A stretch of 35,267 nt of DNA from Candidatus Tectimicrobiota bacterium. GTDB taxonomy: Bacteria > JACPSX01. Location: NCBI GenBank assembly GCA_016193065.1, contig JACPSX010000104.1, positions 1-35,267 on the forward strand, given 5' to 3'. A program made the translations under genes and the position numbers. Shown here one piece after another: positions 1-10,002 of this stretch (its first letter is position 1; the number at the start of each line of letters is the position of its first letter). The notes under the pieces were generated by a model. That model did no database searches and was not told the origin of the DNA. It saw only the letters and a program-made list of their open reading frames with translations.

Positions 1-911
1 TGCGAGTTGCCGGTATCCAGATGAGCTGTTCTGAGGACCCGCGGAAGAATTTGCTCCGGACTCTAGATCTGCTCCAGATTGCCGCGGGTATGGAAGCCCG
101 CATCGTCTGCTTGCAGGAACTGGTTCACCTCCCCTGGTTTCCCCGCACCTCGTCTCCAAGTCATTTCGACCATGCAGAGACCCTAGACGGAGAGACGGTG
201 GCGCGTCTGCGGGAAGCGGCTCGCCGCCACGGGCTCGTGCTGGTCTGTCCGATCTTTGAGAGGGAAGGAGAAGGGGAGTTTTACAATACGGCGGTGGTCA
301 TCGATCAGAATGGGGAAGTCCTGGGAAAATATCGGAAGAACCACGTCCCCTATTTCCCCTTCTACGAAGAGCGATTTTATTTCAAACCCGGCAATTTGGG
401 CTTTCCCGTCTTCAAAACGGACTTTGCCACCCTGGGGGTGCAGATCTCCTGGGATATATTTTTTCCGGAAGGGGCCCGCATTATGGCGCTGGGAGGTGCC
501 CAGGTGATTTTTGCTCCTACAGCCGGGGCGTTTTTGGAATCCTGTGGAAAGTGGGAAACCGTCCTGCGGGCCCACGCCATCACCAACGGGCTCTACATTT
601 TCCGGGTGAACCGGGTGGGGGGAACGGACGAGCTTTCCTTTTATGGGCGGAGTTTCTGTGTAGATCCCCATGGGGAATTCCTCACCCCGCCCAGTGGAGA
701 TCACGACGGGGTTGTTCTCGCTGACCTGGATCTGGAAGTCATTGACGAGGTGCGATATCAATGGCCCTTTCTGAGAGACAGGCGCGGTGAAATTTATGGA
801 GAACTGGCAGCTGTTTGCCCCAATGGGCCGCCGGCGGACCGGGCTTTGGCCAATCCGCAGGCTTCCGGGTCTCATGGCGATCTGGTTTCTCCTGCTCCTG
901 ACCGGATGTAG
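1..911 (+). CDS. Carbon-nitrogen hydrolase (nitrilase superfamily; N-carbamoylputrescine amidase / beta-ureidopropionase-like), 5' end at window edge
   Basis: Motifs CLQEL (catalytic Glu), YNTAVVID, KYRKNHVP (catalytic Lys), GVQISWD..FPE, NRVG, FYGRS, RDRR. The frame stays open upstream of ATG21 (RVAGIQM), so the real start is probably the codon ending at bases 1-2. Confidence 0.9.
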   Translation, partial: RVAGIQMSCSEDPRKNLLRTLDLLQIAAGMEARIVCLQELVHLPWFPRTSSPSHFDHAETLDGETVARLREAARRHGLVLVCPIFEREGEGEFYNTAVVIDQNGEVLGKYRKNHVPYFPFYEERFYFKPGNLGFPVFKTDFATLGVQISWDIFFPEGARIMALGGAQVIFAPTAGAFLESCGKWETVLRAHAITNGLYIFRVNRVGGTDELSFYGRSFCVDPHGEFLTPPSGDHDGVVLADLDLEVIDEVRYQWPFLRDRRGEIYGELAAVCPNGPPADRALANPQASGSHGDLVSPAPDRM

Positions 912-1474
912 CTACTGGGCTGAGAGAGGGCAGGTCCAATCGCCTTTGCTCTTTCGAGGGGTCGTTATCGACCCTGCAGGTTTCTCTGTCCCGGGGGTTC
1001 CGGTGACCCTGCTGATTTCTCCGAAGCCGTTGCAGAGCGGGCTGAACACCGGAGAATGCACAAACCTGCGCGGTGGTTTTGCCCGAAGGATTCCTGGGGT
1101 TACAAATTCCCAGGGAGAGTACGGATTCTTCGTAGTCCCGCGCGAGGAGGCCGCTCCTGGAGCTCAGTGAGGCGGTCCGGCGGGGGGGACCGGTCATTCG
1201 GGATGTGCCTTTGAGTTTCCACCCGCGCTGGCTGGAAATCGAGGGAATCCTGCGCACCTACGGCGGGCGGTCCGATGTGGTTGAGATCTTACGGGCGCAG
1301 GGGTTCCCCGATGAGCGGCAACGGTTCCCGGAGGGCAGCGGAAAGGGAACGGAGGTCTGGTGGTACTATTCCAAGGGGATGAGCTACCGGTTCGTGGACG
1401 GGAAGCTGACGGGACAGTCCGCGTTCCCCCCGGTGGGGCCCATAGAGCGGGGAGGGTCGTCGTGCGAGGAATGA
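796..1474 (+). CDS. Putative lipoprotein of unknown function, split into two frames (796/823-1170 and ~1157/1205-1474)
   Basis: Basic N-region plus hydrophobic stretch and lipobox (WFLLLLTG-C), followed by GVVIDPAG.SVPGVPVTL...TNSQGEY (carboxypeptidase-regulatory-like beta-sandwich pattern). The second frame is open from 1136 and its TGA overlaps the next ATG (ATGA 1471-1474). Confidence 0.55.
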
Positions 1475-2136
1475 GCAAGGCGTTAAGCGGAGTGCTCGTG
1501 GTCGTCTTGGCGTGGGCGCTTGCAGGATGCAGTGCTGTTCGCCCCCTGGTTTCCACGTACGGCGGCGGTTTGGAGGATCCCTCCGCTTACCGTCAAATGG
1601 TGACCCGCTGGACCCAAAGCAGCCGACTTTACCGCCAGCTGGAAACCATTGCCTTGATGGATGCGTTGTACCTGTCCTGGCCTGTCAGAGAATCCTTCGT
1701 GGAAGAATACGGCCAGGTCATGTTGCTCGCCGAGTCCGAGATGCAGGAAAAGATGAAGTTCGAACGGGAGGAGTCCGAGCGCTTTGAGGATTTCCTTCTT
1801 GCCGTATACACAGGGAAAGAGGAATGGAATGATCTGGAAAAGGGCAATTCCATATGGTCTTTATACCTGGTCTATGAGTCCGGAGCCCGGCTGCAGCCGT
1901 ACCGGATCGAGCATTACGATCCCGACCCGGCCCAGCGAGAGCGTTTCTATCCCTTTATGTCTCCATGGAAAAAGGTCTACCGTGTTCGCTTCCTGAGGCC
2001 CGCCCCGGCGGCGGGGGGCACCCCATCTCAGGTCTACCGGGGTCCCCTGCGGCTAGTGATGACAGGATTCCTGGGACAAATGACGTTTTCCTGGGACGGT
2101 ACGCAGCCGGGCAAAGCCCTGGCCGGGACTCCCTGA
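1471..2136 (+). CDS. Putative lipoprotein, unknown function
   Basis: ATG1471 begins MSKALSGVLVVVLAWALAG-C (signal peptide II / lipobox). It fits tightly between its neighbours, ending 4 nt before coaE. Confidence 0.75.
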   Translation: MSKALSGVLVVVLAWALAGCSAVRPLVSTYGGGLEDPSAYRQMVTRWTQSSRLYRQLETIALMDALYLSWPVRESFVEEYGQVMLLAESEMQEKMKFEREESERFEDFLLAVYTGKEEWNDLEKGNSIWSLYLVYESGARLQPYRIEHYDPDPAQRERFYPFMSPWKKVYRVRFLRPAPAAGGTPSQVYRGPLRLVMTGFLGQMTFSWDGTQPGKALAGTP

Positions 2137-2140
2137 TCCG

Positions 2141-2785
2141 ATGATTGTGCTTGGGCTCACAGGGGGAATCGCCAGCGGCAAGAGTACTGTTTCCGGGTTC
2201 TTTGCCGCGGAAGGAGCCCATATCCTGGACGCGGATCGGGTGGCACGCGCGGTGGTGGAGCCGGGAAATCCGGCCTGGCGGGAAATACAACACCGGTTTG
2301 GAAACGAGTATTTCCACGCCGACGGCACGCTGGACCGGAAGAAGATGGCCGATCGGGTCTTTCACGACGAGGAAGCCCGGGGGATTCTGAACCGGATCGT
2401 CCACCCGCACGTGATGGCGGAGGAGGGCCGTCTTATTGAGGAATGGCGGGAAAAAGATCCCGCTGGGATTGTAGTGCTGGATGCGGCCCTGCTCATCGAG
2501 GCTGGATCCCACCGCCGGGTTGATCGGGTTCTGGTCGCGTACGTGGAGGAAGAGATCCAAATCCGCCGGCTTATGGAGAGGGACTCTTTATCCCGGCAGG
2601 AAGCTTTGGCCCGCCTGGCGGCCCAAATGCCGCTCAAGGAGAAGCTCGCTTACGCCGATCATATCGTGGATACGGGAGGCACCCGCGAAAGCATCCGCCG
2701 CCAGGTCCGGGAGATCGTCGAGGGGCTGCGCAGACAGGGAGCGGCTGCCGCTGGAAAAATAATTGACAGCTTCTGTGCACTTTAG
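2141..2785 (+). CDS. coaE: Dephospho-CoA kinase
   Basis: LGLTGGIASGKSTV P-loop, DAD, LDR, LN.IVHP, LL.E and Q..RLM.RD...QMP motifs. Confidence 0.97.
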   Translation: MIVLGLTGGIASGKSTVSGFFAAEGAHILDADRVARAVVEPGNPAWREIQHRFGNEYFHADGTLDRKKMADRVFHDEEARGILNRIVHPHVMAEEGRLIEEWREKDPAGIVVLDAALLIEAGSHRRVDRVLVAYVEEEIQIRRLMERDSLSRQEALARLAAQMPLKEKLAYADHIVDTGGTRESIRRQVREIVEGLRRQGAAAAGKIIDSFCAL

Positions 2786-2791
2786 TAATAT
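2763..2791 (+). promoter_or_regulatory. Sigma70-type promoter for rho, with -35 inside the coaE 3' end
   Basis: TTGACA (2763-2768), 17-nt spacer, TAATAT (2786-2791). Confidence 0.7.
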
Positions 2792-3036
2792 GACAGTCCT
2801 TCGCGGGGGAGAGCATAACCCACGGGAATCTGCATTCATCTCGTGAATTCCAACCTAACTGTGACTCTCAGTCGTGAGTTTGACGCATAAGGTATTTGGA
2901 TCCGATTTGAATTTGCTCCTGAGCGTTCCCCAGAAAAAGTCGGTTGATTGGCTGCCGAATCGTTCGGCGGTTCAAGACAATCGCTAAGTTTGTTCGAGAA
3001 TATGGAAGAGAGGAGTCCTCGATAGGATTGCAAGCT

Positions 3037-4317
3037 ATGGCGCGTCAACAAGCAGTCAAGGAAAGCAGTCTCAATATTGCGGATCTGAAGATCAAGGCCA
3101 TCTCGGAGTTGAGTGCTTTAGCACGCGAGCTGAGCGTCTCGGGAATCAGCAGCCTGAAAAAGCAGGAATTGATCTACAAGATCCTGGAGGCCCAGACCGA
3201 AAAGGGCGGGCTTATCTTTGGAGAGGGAGTTCTCGAGGTCCTGCCCGACGGTTTCGGCTTCCTACGAGCCCCAAGCTACAATTATCTGCCGGGGCCCGAC
3301 GATATTTACGTGTCCCCCTCTCAGATCCGCCGTTTCGACTTGAGAACGGGAGACACGGTGGCCGGGCAGATCCGGCCCCCCAAAGAAGGCGAGCGCTACT
3401 TTGCCCTTCTCAAGGTGGAGTCCGTCAATTTCGAGAATCCGGAGGAAGTCCGGGAGAAGACTCTGTTCGATAATCTGACCCCGCTTTACCCCATGGAGCG
3501 GATCCATCTGGAGACCAAGAACGGGGATTATTCGACCCGGATCATGGATCTCCTGACCCCTCTGGGTATGGGGCAGAGGGGGCTCATCGTAGCCCCGCCC
3601 AGGACCGGGAAAACCATGCTCCTGCAGGCCATCGCCCACAGCGTAACTTTGAACCACCCCGAGATCGTTCTCATCGTTCTGCTCATCGACGAGCGACCGG
3701 AAGAAGTGACGGATATGCTGCGCTCCGTCAAAGGGGAGGTCGTCAGTTCCACCTTCGACGAGCCCGCCCAGCGCCATGTCCAGGTGGCTGAGATGGTGAT
3801 CGAGAAGGCCAAGCGGCTCGTGGAGCACAAAAAGGATGTGGTGATTCTCCTAGACAGCATCACCCGTCTGGCCCGGGCCTACAACACCATTGTGCCCCCC
3901 AGCGGCAAGGTTCTGTCGGGCGGCGTCGATTCCAATGCCTTGCAGAAGCCCAAGCGCTTTTTCGGAGCGGCCCGCAACATAGAAGAAGGCGGAAGCCTGA
4001 CCATTATTGCCACGGCCCTCATCGAGACCGGCAGCCGCATGGACGAGGTCATTTTCGAGGAATTCAAAGGCACGGGTAATATGGAACTGATTCTGGACCG
4101 GCGATTGGCGGATCGCCGGATCTTCCCGGCCATTGATATCAACCGCTCGGGGACCCGCAAGGAAGAACTCCTCCTCATCCCGGAAGAGCTGAACCGGGTC
4201 TGGATTCTGAGGAAGGTACTCAATACTTTGGGCAGCGTCGAGAGCATGGAACTTCTCTTGGAGAAGATCATGGCCGCCAAGGACAACAAGGAGTTCCTGC
4301 AGTCCATGAACAGTTAG
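3037..4317 (+). CDS. rho: Transcription termination factor Rho
   Basis: [70 protein letters not shown]3037 preferred over TTG2944. Confidence 0.98.
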   Translation: MARQQAVKESSLNIADLKIKAISELSALARELSVSGISSLKKQELIYKILEAQTEKGGLIFGEGVLEVLPDGFGFLRAPSYNYLPGPDDIYVSPSQIRRFDLRTGDTVAGQIRPPKEGERYFALLKVESVNFENPEEVREKTLFDNLTPLYPMERIHLETKNGDYSTRIMDLLTPLGMGQRGLIVAPPRTGKTMLLQAIAHSVTLNHPEIVLIVLLIDERPEEVTDMLRSVKGEVVSSTFDEPAQRHVQVAEMVIEKAKRLVEHKKDVVILLDSITRLARAYNTIVPPSGKVLSGGVDSNALQKPKRFFGAARNIEEGGSLTIIATALIETGSRMDEVIFEEFKGTGNMELILDRRLADRRIFPAIDINRSGTRKEELLLIPEELNRVWILRKVLNTLGSVESMELLLEKIMAAKDNKEFLQSMNS

Positions 4318-4392
4318 GGTTCCCGGAGTTCCCTTTTCCCTCTCCGTTTCCCTTTTTCGACAATTTTTCCCGAGGGCAACGAGCTTCAGAGG

Positions 4393-4401
4393 TGTTATAC
4401 T
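4393..4401 (+). promoter_or_regulatory. Possible extended -10 promoter for rpmE-prfA-prmC
   Basis: TGtTATACT (TGn plus TATACT) about 50 nt upstream of the rpmE ATG; no clear -35. Confidence 0.45.
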
Positions 4402-4449
4402 TGGTCTTCTGGTGTGGTTGGAGAAGCTTGTCAAGGAGGCAGAGCGATC

Positions 4450-4695
4450 ATGAAGGCAGGGATCCATCCGGAGTATGTGGAAACGACCATTACCTGTGCC
4501 TGCGGGGAAGTGATTCTCACCCGCTCCACCAAGAAGAACATTCGGGTCGAGANNNNNNNNNNNNNNNNNNNNNNNNNNNNNTGCTCAAAGTGCCATCCGT
4601 ATTTCACCGGCCGTGAAAAGCTGATCGATACGGCTGGCCGTGTGGAGCGCTTCCAGAAGAAGTACGGCCGCAAGAAGGTGGAAAGCGCTAAGTAA
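4450..4695 (+). CDS. rpmE: 50S ribosomal protein L31, Zn-binding (C+) type; spans an N-gap
   Basis: MKAGIHPEY...CACG...VE[gap][10 protein letters not shown]...[17 protein letters not shown] upstream. Confidence 0.96.
   Translation: MKAGIHPEYVETTITCACGEVILTRSTKKNIRVEXXXXXXXXXXCSKCHPYFTGREKLIDTAGRVERFQKKYGRKKVESAK
4553..4581. other. Assembly gap (29 N) inside rpmE
   Basis: Run of N characters. Confidence 1.
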
Positions 4696-4748
4696 TCGGT
4701 GCCTTGGAGCCCGACCCACCCCCAGGCAGGGGCAGCGGAGCATAAGGA

Positions 4749-5831
4749 ATGTTTGACAAGCTGGACCTTCTGGAGAAACGGTTCGAGGAGCTGGGGATCA
4801 CCATGTCTCGTCCCGAAGTGGTGGCAAACCCCTCGGAATACCAGAAGCACGCCAAGGAGTATTCCGACTTGGCCCCTACGATTCGAGCATACCGCGAGTA
4901 CAAGAAGGTGCTCAAGGAGATCGAGGAGAGCCGGCGACTTCTTACCGAATCCGACGGTGAGTTAAGGGAGCTGGCCCGGCAGGAACTGGCGGCTCTGGAA
5001 GGGCAGAAGGCCGAATACGAGAGGAATTTGAGGCTCCTCCTCCTGCCCAAAGACCCCAATGATTCCAAGAATATCTTCCTGGAGATCCGGGCGGGGACGG
5101 GCGGTGAGGAGGCTTCGCTGTTCGTTGCTGATCTGTTCCGCATGTATGCAAAATACGCGGAGCGTCAGGGCTGGAAGATCGGGGTCGTCAGCCAAAGCCC
5201 GACGGGACTCGGAGGCTTTAAGGAAATCATTGCCTCCGTGGAGGGCAAGGATGTGTACGCGCACCTCAAATTTGAGAGCGGAACCCACCGCGTTCAGCGG
5301 GTGCCGGTCACCGAGGCTTCGGGCCGAATTCATACCTCGGCTGCCACAGTGGCGGTTCTCCCGGAAGCAGAGGAGGTTGAGGTGGATATCAATCCGAGCG
5401 ATCTCCGCATTGATGTTTACCGGTCCTCGGGCCCCGGAGGCCAGAGCGTCAACACCACCGATTCTGCTGTGCGCGTGAGCCACATTCCCACGGGGCTCAT
5501 CGTAACTTGCCAGGACGAGAAGTCTCAACACAAGAACCGGGCCAAGGCCCTGAGGGTGCTGCGGGCCCGTCTCCTGGATCAGGCCAAGCGGGAGCGGGAT
5601 GCCAGGATCTCCCAGGAACGCCGTCTGCAGATTGGCAGCGGGGATCGCAGCGAGAGAATTCGGACTTACAACTACCCCCAGGGACGGATTACAGACCATC
5701 GAATTAACCTGACCCTTTACAAGCTGGAAGCGATCCTGGACGGAGATTTGGATGCTCTCGTTGGGGCTCTGGAAGCAGCCGAGCAGACGGAGGCTTTGGC
5801 CCAAATGGAAGTCCAGTCGGTACTCCATTAG
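4749..5831 (+). CDS. prfA: Peptide chain release factor 1
   Basis: [21 protein letters not shown] (PxT specificity motif), SGPGGQSVN (GGQ), [14 protein letters not shown]. Confidence 0.98.
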   Translation: MFDKLDLLEKRFEELGITMSRPEVVANPSEYQKHAKEYSDLAPTIRAYREYKKVLKEIEESRRLLTESDGELRELARQELAALEGQKAEYERNLRLLLLPKDPNDSKNIFLEIRAGTGGEEASLFVADLFRMYAKYAERQGWKIGVVSQSPTGLGGFKEIIASVEGKDVYAHLKFESGTHRVQRVPVTEASGRIHTSAATVAVLPEAEEVEVDINPSDLRIDVYRSSGPGGQSVNTTDSAVRVSHIPTGLIVTCQDEKSQHKNRAKALRVLRARLLDQAKRERDARISQERRLQIGSGDRSERIRTYNYPQGRITDHRINLTLYKLEAILDGDLDALVGALEAAEQTEALAQMEVQSVLH

Positions 5832-5848
5832 CTCTCCCGACCTCTACC

Positions 5849-6751
5849 ATGCCTGCCAGCACGCAAGTCCATAGAAATACCGTGAGAGATCTCCTGTCCT
5901 GGGCCCATGCCTATCTCAGAGACCGTGGTCTCCCGGAATCTCTAGCTGATGCGCAAGTTCTCCTGGCACGGGCTCTAGGGATTGAGCGCTGGCGCCTTCC
6001 CTGGTCGGGGGAAATCGCCGCAGAGGCGGCCGGGGAAGCCCAATTCCGGGATTGGGTAGTCCGGCGGGGCCGCTTCGAACCACTCCATTACATCCAGGGG
6101 TTTCGGGAATTCTGGTCCCATGATTTTCAAGTGACCCCGGAGGTGCTCATCCCCCGTCCCGAGACGGAGATCCTGGTGGAGGAGGCACTTCGTTGTGCCC
6201 GTCTCTTGGGGCGGGAGGGGAATCTGAACATTCTCGATGTGGGGACGGGCTCGGCCAACATCGCCGTGATTCTGGCCGGGGAATTGCCCCGGGCAAAGAT
6301 CGTGGCGATTGATTGCAGTCCCGGTGCCCTACGAGTGGCTGCGGTGAATTGTCGGGATCATGGAGTGGCGCAGAGGGTGTTTCTCCTCTGCTCGGACCTG
6401 CTCTTGGCCCTAAGACCCGAAGTGCGCTTTCCGCTCATCGTGGCCAATCTCCCCTATATTGACAGGGCTGGGTTGGACATTCTGCCGTTGGATGTGAGAA
6501 ACTATGAGCCCAGGGTTGCCCTGGACGGCGGACAAGGGGGGACGCGAATCCTGGACAGCTTCATCACCGTGGTGCCTGCGCTTCTCGAAGAAGGGGGATT
6601 TCTCCTTCTGGAGATCGGGGCCGGGCAGTCCGAATGGCTGAGGACTCGCACAGAGCCGATACTGGAATTCCGGGAAGTCCGGTTCGTCCGGGACTTGAGC
6701 GGGGTGGAGAGAGTGTACGTGGCCCGCAGGGAGGGGCCAGCGGGTGGATAG
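5849..6751 (+). CDS. prmC: Release factor glutamine methyltransferase (HemK/PrmC)
   Basis: [43 protein letters not shown]; directly follows prfA. Confidence 0.95.
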   Translation: MPASTQVHRNTVRDLLSWAHAYLRDRGLPESLADAQVLLARALGIERWRLPWSGEIAAEAAGEAQFRDWVVRRGRFEPLHYIQGFREFWSHDFQVTPEVLIPRPETEILVEEALRCARLLGREGNLNILDVGTGSANIAVILAGELPRAKIVAIDCSPGALRVAAVNCRDHGVAQRVFLLCSDLLLALRPEVRFPLIVANLPYIDRAGLDILPLDVRNYEPRVALDGGQGGTRILDSFITVVPALLEEGGFLLLEIGAGQSEWLRTRTEPILEFREVRFVRDLSGVERVYVARREGPAGG

Positions 6752-7997
6752 CATTGTCATTCACGGGGGCCTACCTCTAAGGGGGAAGGTCGCAGTGAGC
6801 GGTGCAAAAAATGCCGCTCTGCCCATCCTGGCGGCGACGTTGCTGGCGTCCGGGAGGCATTTGATCCACAACGTGCCCGCCGTTCAGGACGTAAAGACGA
6901 TCTCCAAGCTCCTGACGACCCTCGGAGCCCGGGTCACGGAACTGGGGGGAGGAGACGTCGAGGTGGATACAACGGGCGTGGAGCGCTTCCAGGCCCCGTA
7001 CGAACTGGTGAAGACCATGCGCGCTTCGGTTCTCGTCCTGGGGCCCTTGCTGGGGCGTCTGGGGAAAGCCCGGGTCTCTCTGCCCGGGGGCTGTGCCATT
7101 GGTGCCAGACCCATCGATCAGCACTTAAAAGGTCTGCAGGCCCTGGGAGCTCGGGTGGAGCTGAAGGGGGGGGATGTCAGCGTTTCGGGACGGAAGCTGA
7201 AAGGAACCCATGTATATCTCGATATGCCGACCGTAACCGGTACTGCGAACATCATGATGGCGGCTGTCCTGGCAGAGGGGGAGACGGTAATTGACAATGC
7301 GGCTTGCGAGCCCGAGGTGGAAACCCTGGCTGCGGCCCTGAATGCCATGGGAGCTGGGATCAAGGGGGCGGGGACCGATCGGATCGAGATCACCGGAGTT
7401 CGCACGCTGCATGGCTCGGAATTCACCGTGATTCCCGATCGCATCGAGGCAGGAACGCTTCTGGTTGCCGGAGCCATCTCCGGTGGGGAAGTCCATGTGA
7501 CGCGGTGTGTTCCCGAGAACTTAAAGGCCGTTACGGCCAAGTTGAGAGAAGCGGGTCTCCCGGTCGAGGAAGGGGATCGGGAAATGAGGGTCACAGGAAG
7601 CCGGCCCCTGCGCGCCGTGGATATAAAGACGGCGCCTCATCCCGGCTTCGCCACAGACATGCAGGCCCAGCTCATGGCGCTTATGTCCGTGAGTGAGGGG
7701 GTGAGTGTGATCACCGAAACGGTCTTCGAAAATCGCTTTATGCATGTGGCGGAGCTCAAACGGATGGGAGCTGACATTTCCGTAGTGGGTAACACGGCCA
7801 GGGTCAAAGGCGTGGCACGTCTGAGCGGGGCCCCCGTCATGGCGACGGATCTCAGAGCCAGCGCTTCCCTGGTCCTGGCCGGCCTGGTAGCCGAGGGGGA
7901 AACTACGGTTTCCCGCGTCTATCATTTAGACAGAGGCTACGAGGGGCTGGAGAAAAAACTGGCTGCACTCGGGGCCAGGATCTGGAGACTCAAATGA
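6744..7997 (+). CDS. murA: UDP-N-acetylglucosamine 1-carboxyvinyltransferase
   Basis: [31 protein letters not shown] (active-site Cys present), [23 protein letters not shown]. Confidence 0.98.
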   Translation: MDSIVIHGGLPLRGKVAVSGAKNAALPILAATLLASGRHLIHNVPAVQDVKTISKLLTTLGARVTELGGGDVEVDTTGVERFQAPYELVKTMRASVLVLGPLLGRLGKARVSLPGGCAIGARPIDQHLKGLQALGARVELKGGDVSVSGRKLKGTHVYLDMPTVTGTANIMMAAVLAEGETVIDNAACEPEVETLAAALNAMGAGIKGAGTDRIEITGVRTLHGSEFTVIPDRIEAGTLLVAGAISGGEVHVTRCVPENLKAVTAKLREAGLPVEEGDREMRVTGSRPLRAVDIKTAPHPGFATDMQAQLMALMSVSEGVSVITETVFENRFMHVAELKRMGADISVVGNTARVKGVARLSGAPVMATDLRASASLVLAGLVAEGETTVSRVYHLDRGYEGLEKKLAALGARIWRLK

Positions 7998-8650
7998 GTG
8001 GACGGCTCACAATGGCCCTCCCTAAGGGACGCAATTTGCAGGCCTCACTGAAGCTCCTGCGGAAGATCGGGGCCACCGCGTTGGATTTCCCCGAAGGGAG
8101 CCGCCGCCTGGTTTTTGAAGACCGGGACTTGGAGGTGAATTTCCTTACCCTCAGGGATCTGGATATACCTACCTATGTGGAGCATGGCGCGGCCGATATG
8201 GGGATCGTGGGGAAGGACATTCTTTTGGAACAGCAAAAAGATGTCTATGTGCCTCTTGATTTGAAGTTCGGGGCCTGCCGTTTGATCCTGGCCAAGCCGA
8301 AGGATGCCCCTCTGATCTCCGATGCGGCGCGGCTTTCTCACATCCGGGTGGCCACCAAATTCCCCCGCATTACCACGGAATACATGATCCACAAGGGGAT
8401 CCAGGTGGAGGTCATCAAGCTCTACGGCTCCATCGAACTGGCCCCCATCGTGGGCCTGTCCGAGTGGATTGTGGATCTGGTTTCCAGTGGCCGTACGCTG
8501 GCTGAAAACGGCTTGGTCGAGGTTGAGGAAATCGCCCGCGCCAGCGCCAGGCTCATTGTCAACCGGGCTAGCCACAAGACCAAATATGACCAGGTCGAGA
8601 CCATCATTGCCAAGCTAAGAGCCGCTCTGGCGGAACAGGAAAGGCTGTAG
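7994..8650 (+). CDS. hisG: ATP phosphoribosyltransferase, short form
   Basis: [52 protein letters not shown]; 218 aa with no C-terminal regulatory domain. Confidence 0.96.
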   Translation: MSGRLTMALPKGRNLQASLKLLRKIGATALDFPEGSRRLVFEDRDLEVNFLTLRDLDIPTYVEHGAADMGIVGKDILLEQQKDVYVPLDLKFGACRLILAKPKDAPLISDAARLSHIRVATKFPRITTEYMIHKGIQVEVIKLYGSIELAPIVGLSEWIVDLVSSGRTLAENGLVEVEEIARASARLIVNRASHKTKYDQVETIIAKLRAALAEQERL

Positions 8651-8661
8651 AGGAAGGCACC

Positions 8662-10002
8662 ATGAGGTTGCTTAGAACTGGGGAAAAAGAGGGGAAGGCT
8701 TTCCTGGAAGCCTTGAAGCGGCGCGGAGACATCGACGCGCGCCGGGTTGAGACCGAAGTCGGGGCAATCCTCGAAGCTGTACGGCAGAGGGGGGACCTGG
8801 CCCTTGTAGACTATTGCCGGCGGTTCGACGGTTGGGAGTGCAAGCCGGAACAACTGCAGGTCCCCATGGAGGAAGTAGAAAAGGCTTGCCAGAGGGTGTC
8901 TGTCGAACTAGTGAACGCCCTCCAGGTTGCAGCCGACCGGATCCGCCGTTTCCACCAGAGGCAGTTGGAGAATTCCTGGTTTGTGAGCGAGGAGCAGGGG
9001 GTGTTCCTGGGACAGAAGGTTACCCCCCTTGAGCAGGTGGGTCTCTACGTTCCCGGCGGCAAGGCCGCTTACCCGTCCACTGTCCTGATGACGGCAATCC
9101 CCGCTCAGGTGGCTGGCGTTTCGGAGTCTGTCCTCTGCTGTCCCGCTCCGGGGGGGGAGATCTCGCCAGTGGTTTTGGCGGCGGCGAGAATCGCGGGGGT
9201 GAAGCGAATTTTCCGCGTGGGCGGGGCCCAGGCCATTGCGGCGCTGGCCTACGGGACCCGGACAATCCCCCGGGTAGACAAAATCGTGGGACCGGGAAAT
9301 CTCTATGTGGCCGTGGCCAAGAAAATGGTCTACGGGGAGGTGGGAATTGATTCCGTCGCCGGCCCCAGCGAGGTTCTCGTCGTAGCCGACGAGAGTGCTT
9401 CTCCTGCCGCGGTGGCCGCCGATCTTCTGGCCCAGGCGGAGCACGATGAAATGGCGCTCCCGTTACTCATCACCCTCTCCCCGGATCTGGGGGAGAAGGT
9501 GAGGGTCGAAGTCGAGAGGCAGCTTGCCGGGCTTTCCCGGCAGGCCGTGGCCCGCCGGGCCTGGGAAACCAGAGGGGCAATTCTCGTGGCTGCGACCCGG
9601 GAGGAGGCAGTGGCACTGGTCAACGAAATTGCTCCTGAGCATCTGGAGCTGGCCGTGACGCGGGCGGAGGATCTGCTGGGGGTGATTCGCAATGCCGGCG
9701 CGATCTTCTTGGGACATTGGACTCCGGAAGCTCTGGGCGATTACGCGGCGGGACCGAATCATGTCCTGCCCACGGGTGGGACGGCTCGTTTCGCTTCCCC
9801 CCTGGGAGTTTACGACTTTCTAAAACGTTCGAGCATCCTGCGCTACTCTGCCGAGGCACTGGGTACCATTTCCGGGATCGTGCGGCAGTTGGCTCAGGCC
9901 GAAGGATTGGAAGCTCACGGACGGGCCCTGGAAATCCGGGAAAGAGGGAACTCCAGTGCCTCTGGGATCGGGGGTACGGCAGCAATGGAGGACGCGCCTT
10001 GA
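8662..10002 (+). CDS. hisD: Histidinol dehydrogenase
   Basis: GLYVPGGKAAYPSTVLM, GGAQAIAALAYGT, KIVGPGN, AGPSE, QAEHD, APEHLE, GDY.AGPNHVLPT. Confidence 0.98.
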   Translation: MRLLRTGEKEGKAFLEALKRRGDIDARRVETEVGAILEAVRQRGDLALVDYCRRFDGWECKPEQLQVPMEEVEKACQRVSVELVNALQVAADRIRRFHQRQLENSWFVSEEQGVFLGQKVTPLEQVGLYVPGGKAAYPSTVLMTAIPAQVAGVSESVLCCPAPGGEISPVVLAAARIAGVKRIFRVGGAQAIAALAYGTRTIPRVDKIVGPGNLYVAVAKKMVYGEVGIDSVAGPSEVLVVADESASPAAVAADLLAQAEHDEMALPLLITLSPDLGEKVRVEVERQLAGLSRQAVARRAWETRGAILVAATREEAVALVNEIAPEHLELAVTRAEDLLGVIRNAGAIFLGHWTPEALGDYAAGPNHVLPTGGTARFASPLGVYDFLKRSSILRYSAEALGTISGIVRQLAQAEGLEAHGRALEIRERGNSSASGIGGTAAMEDAP

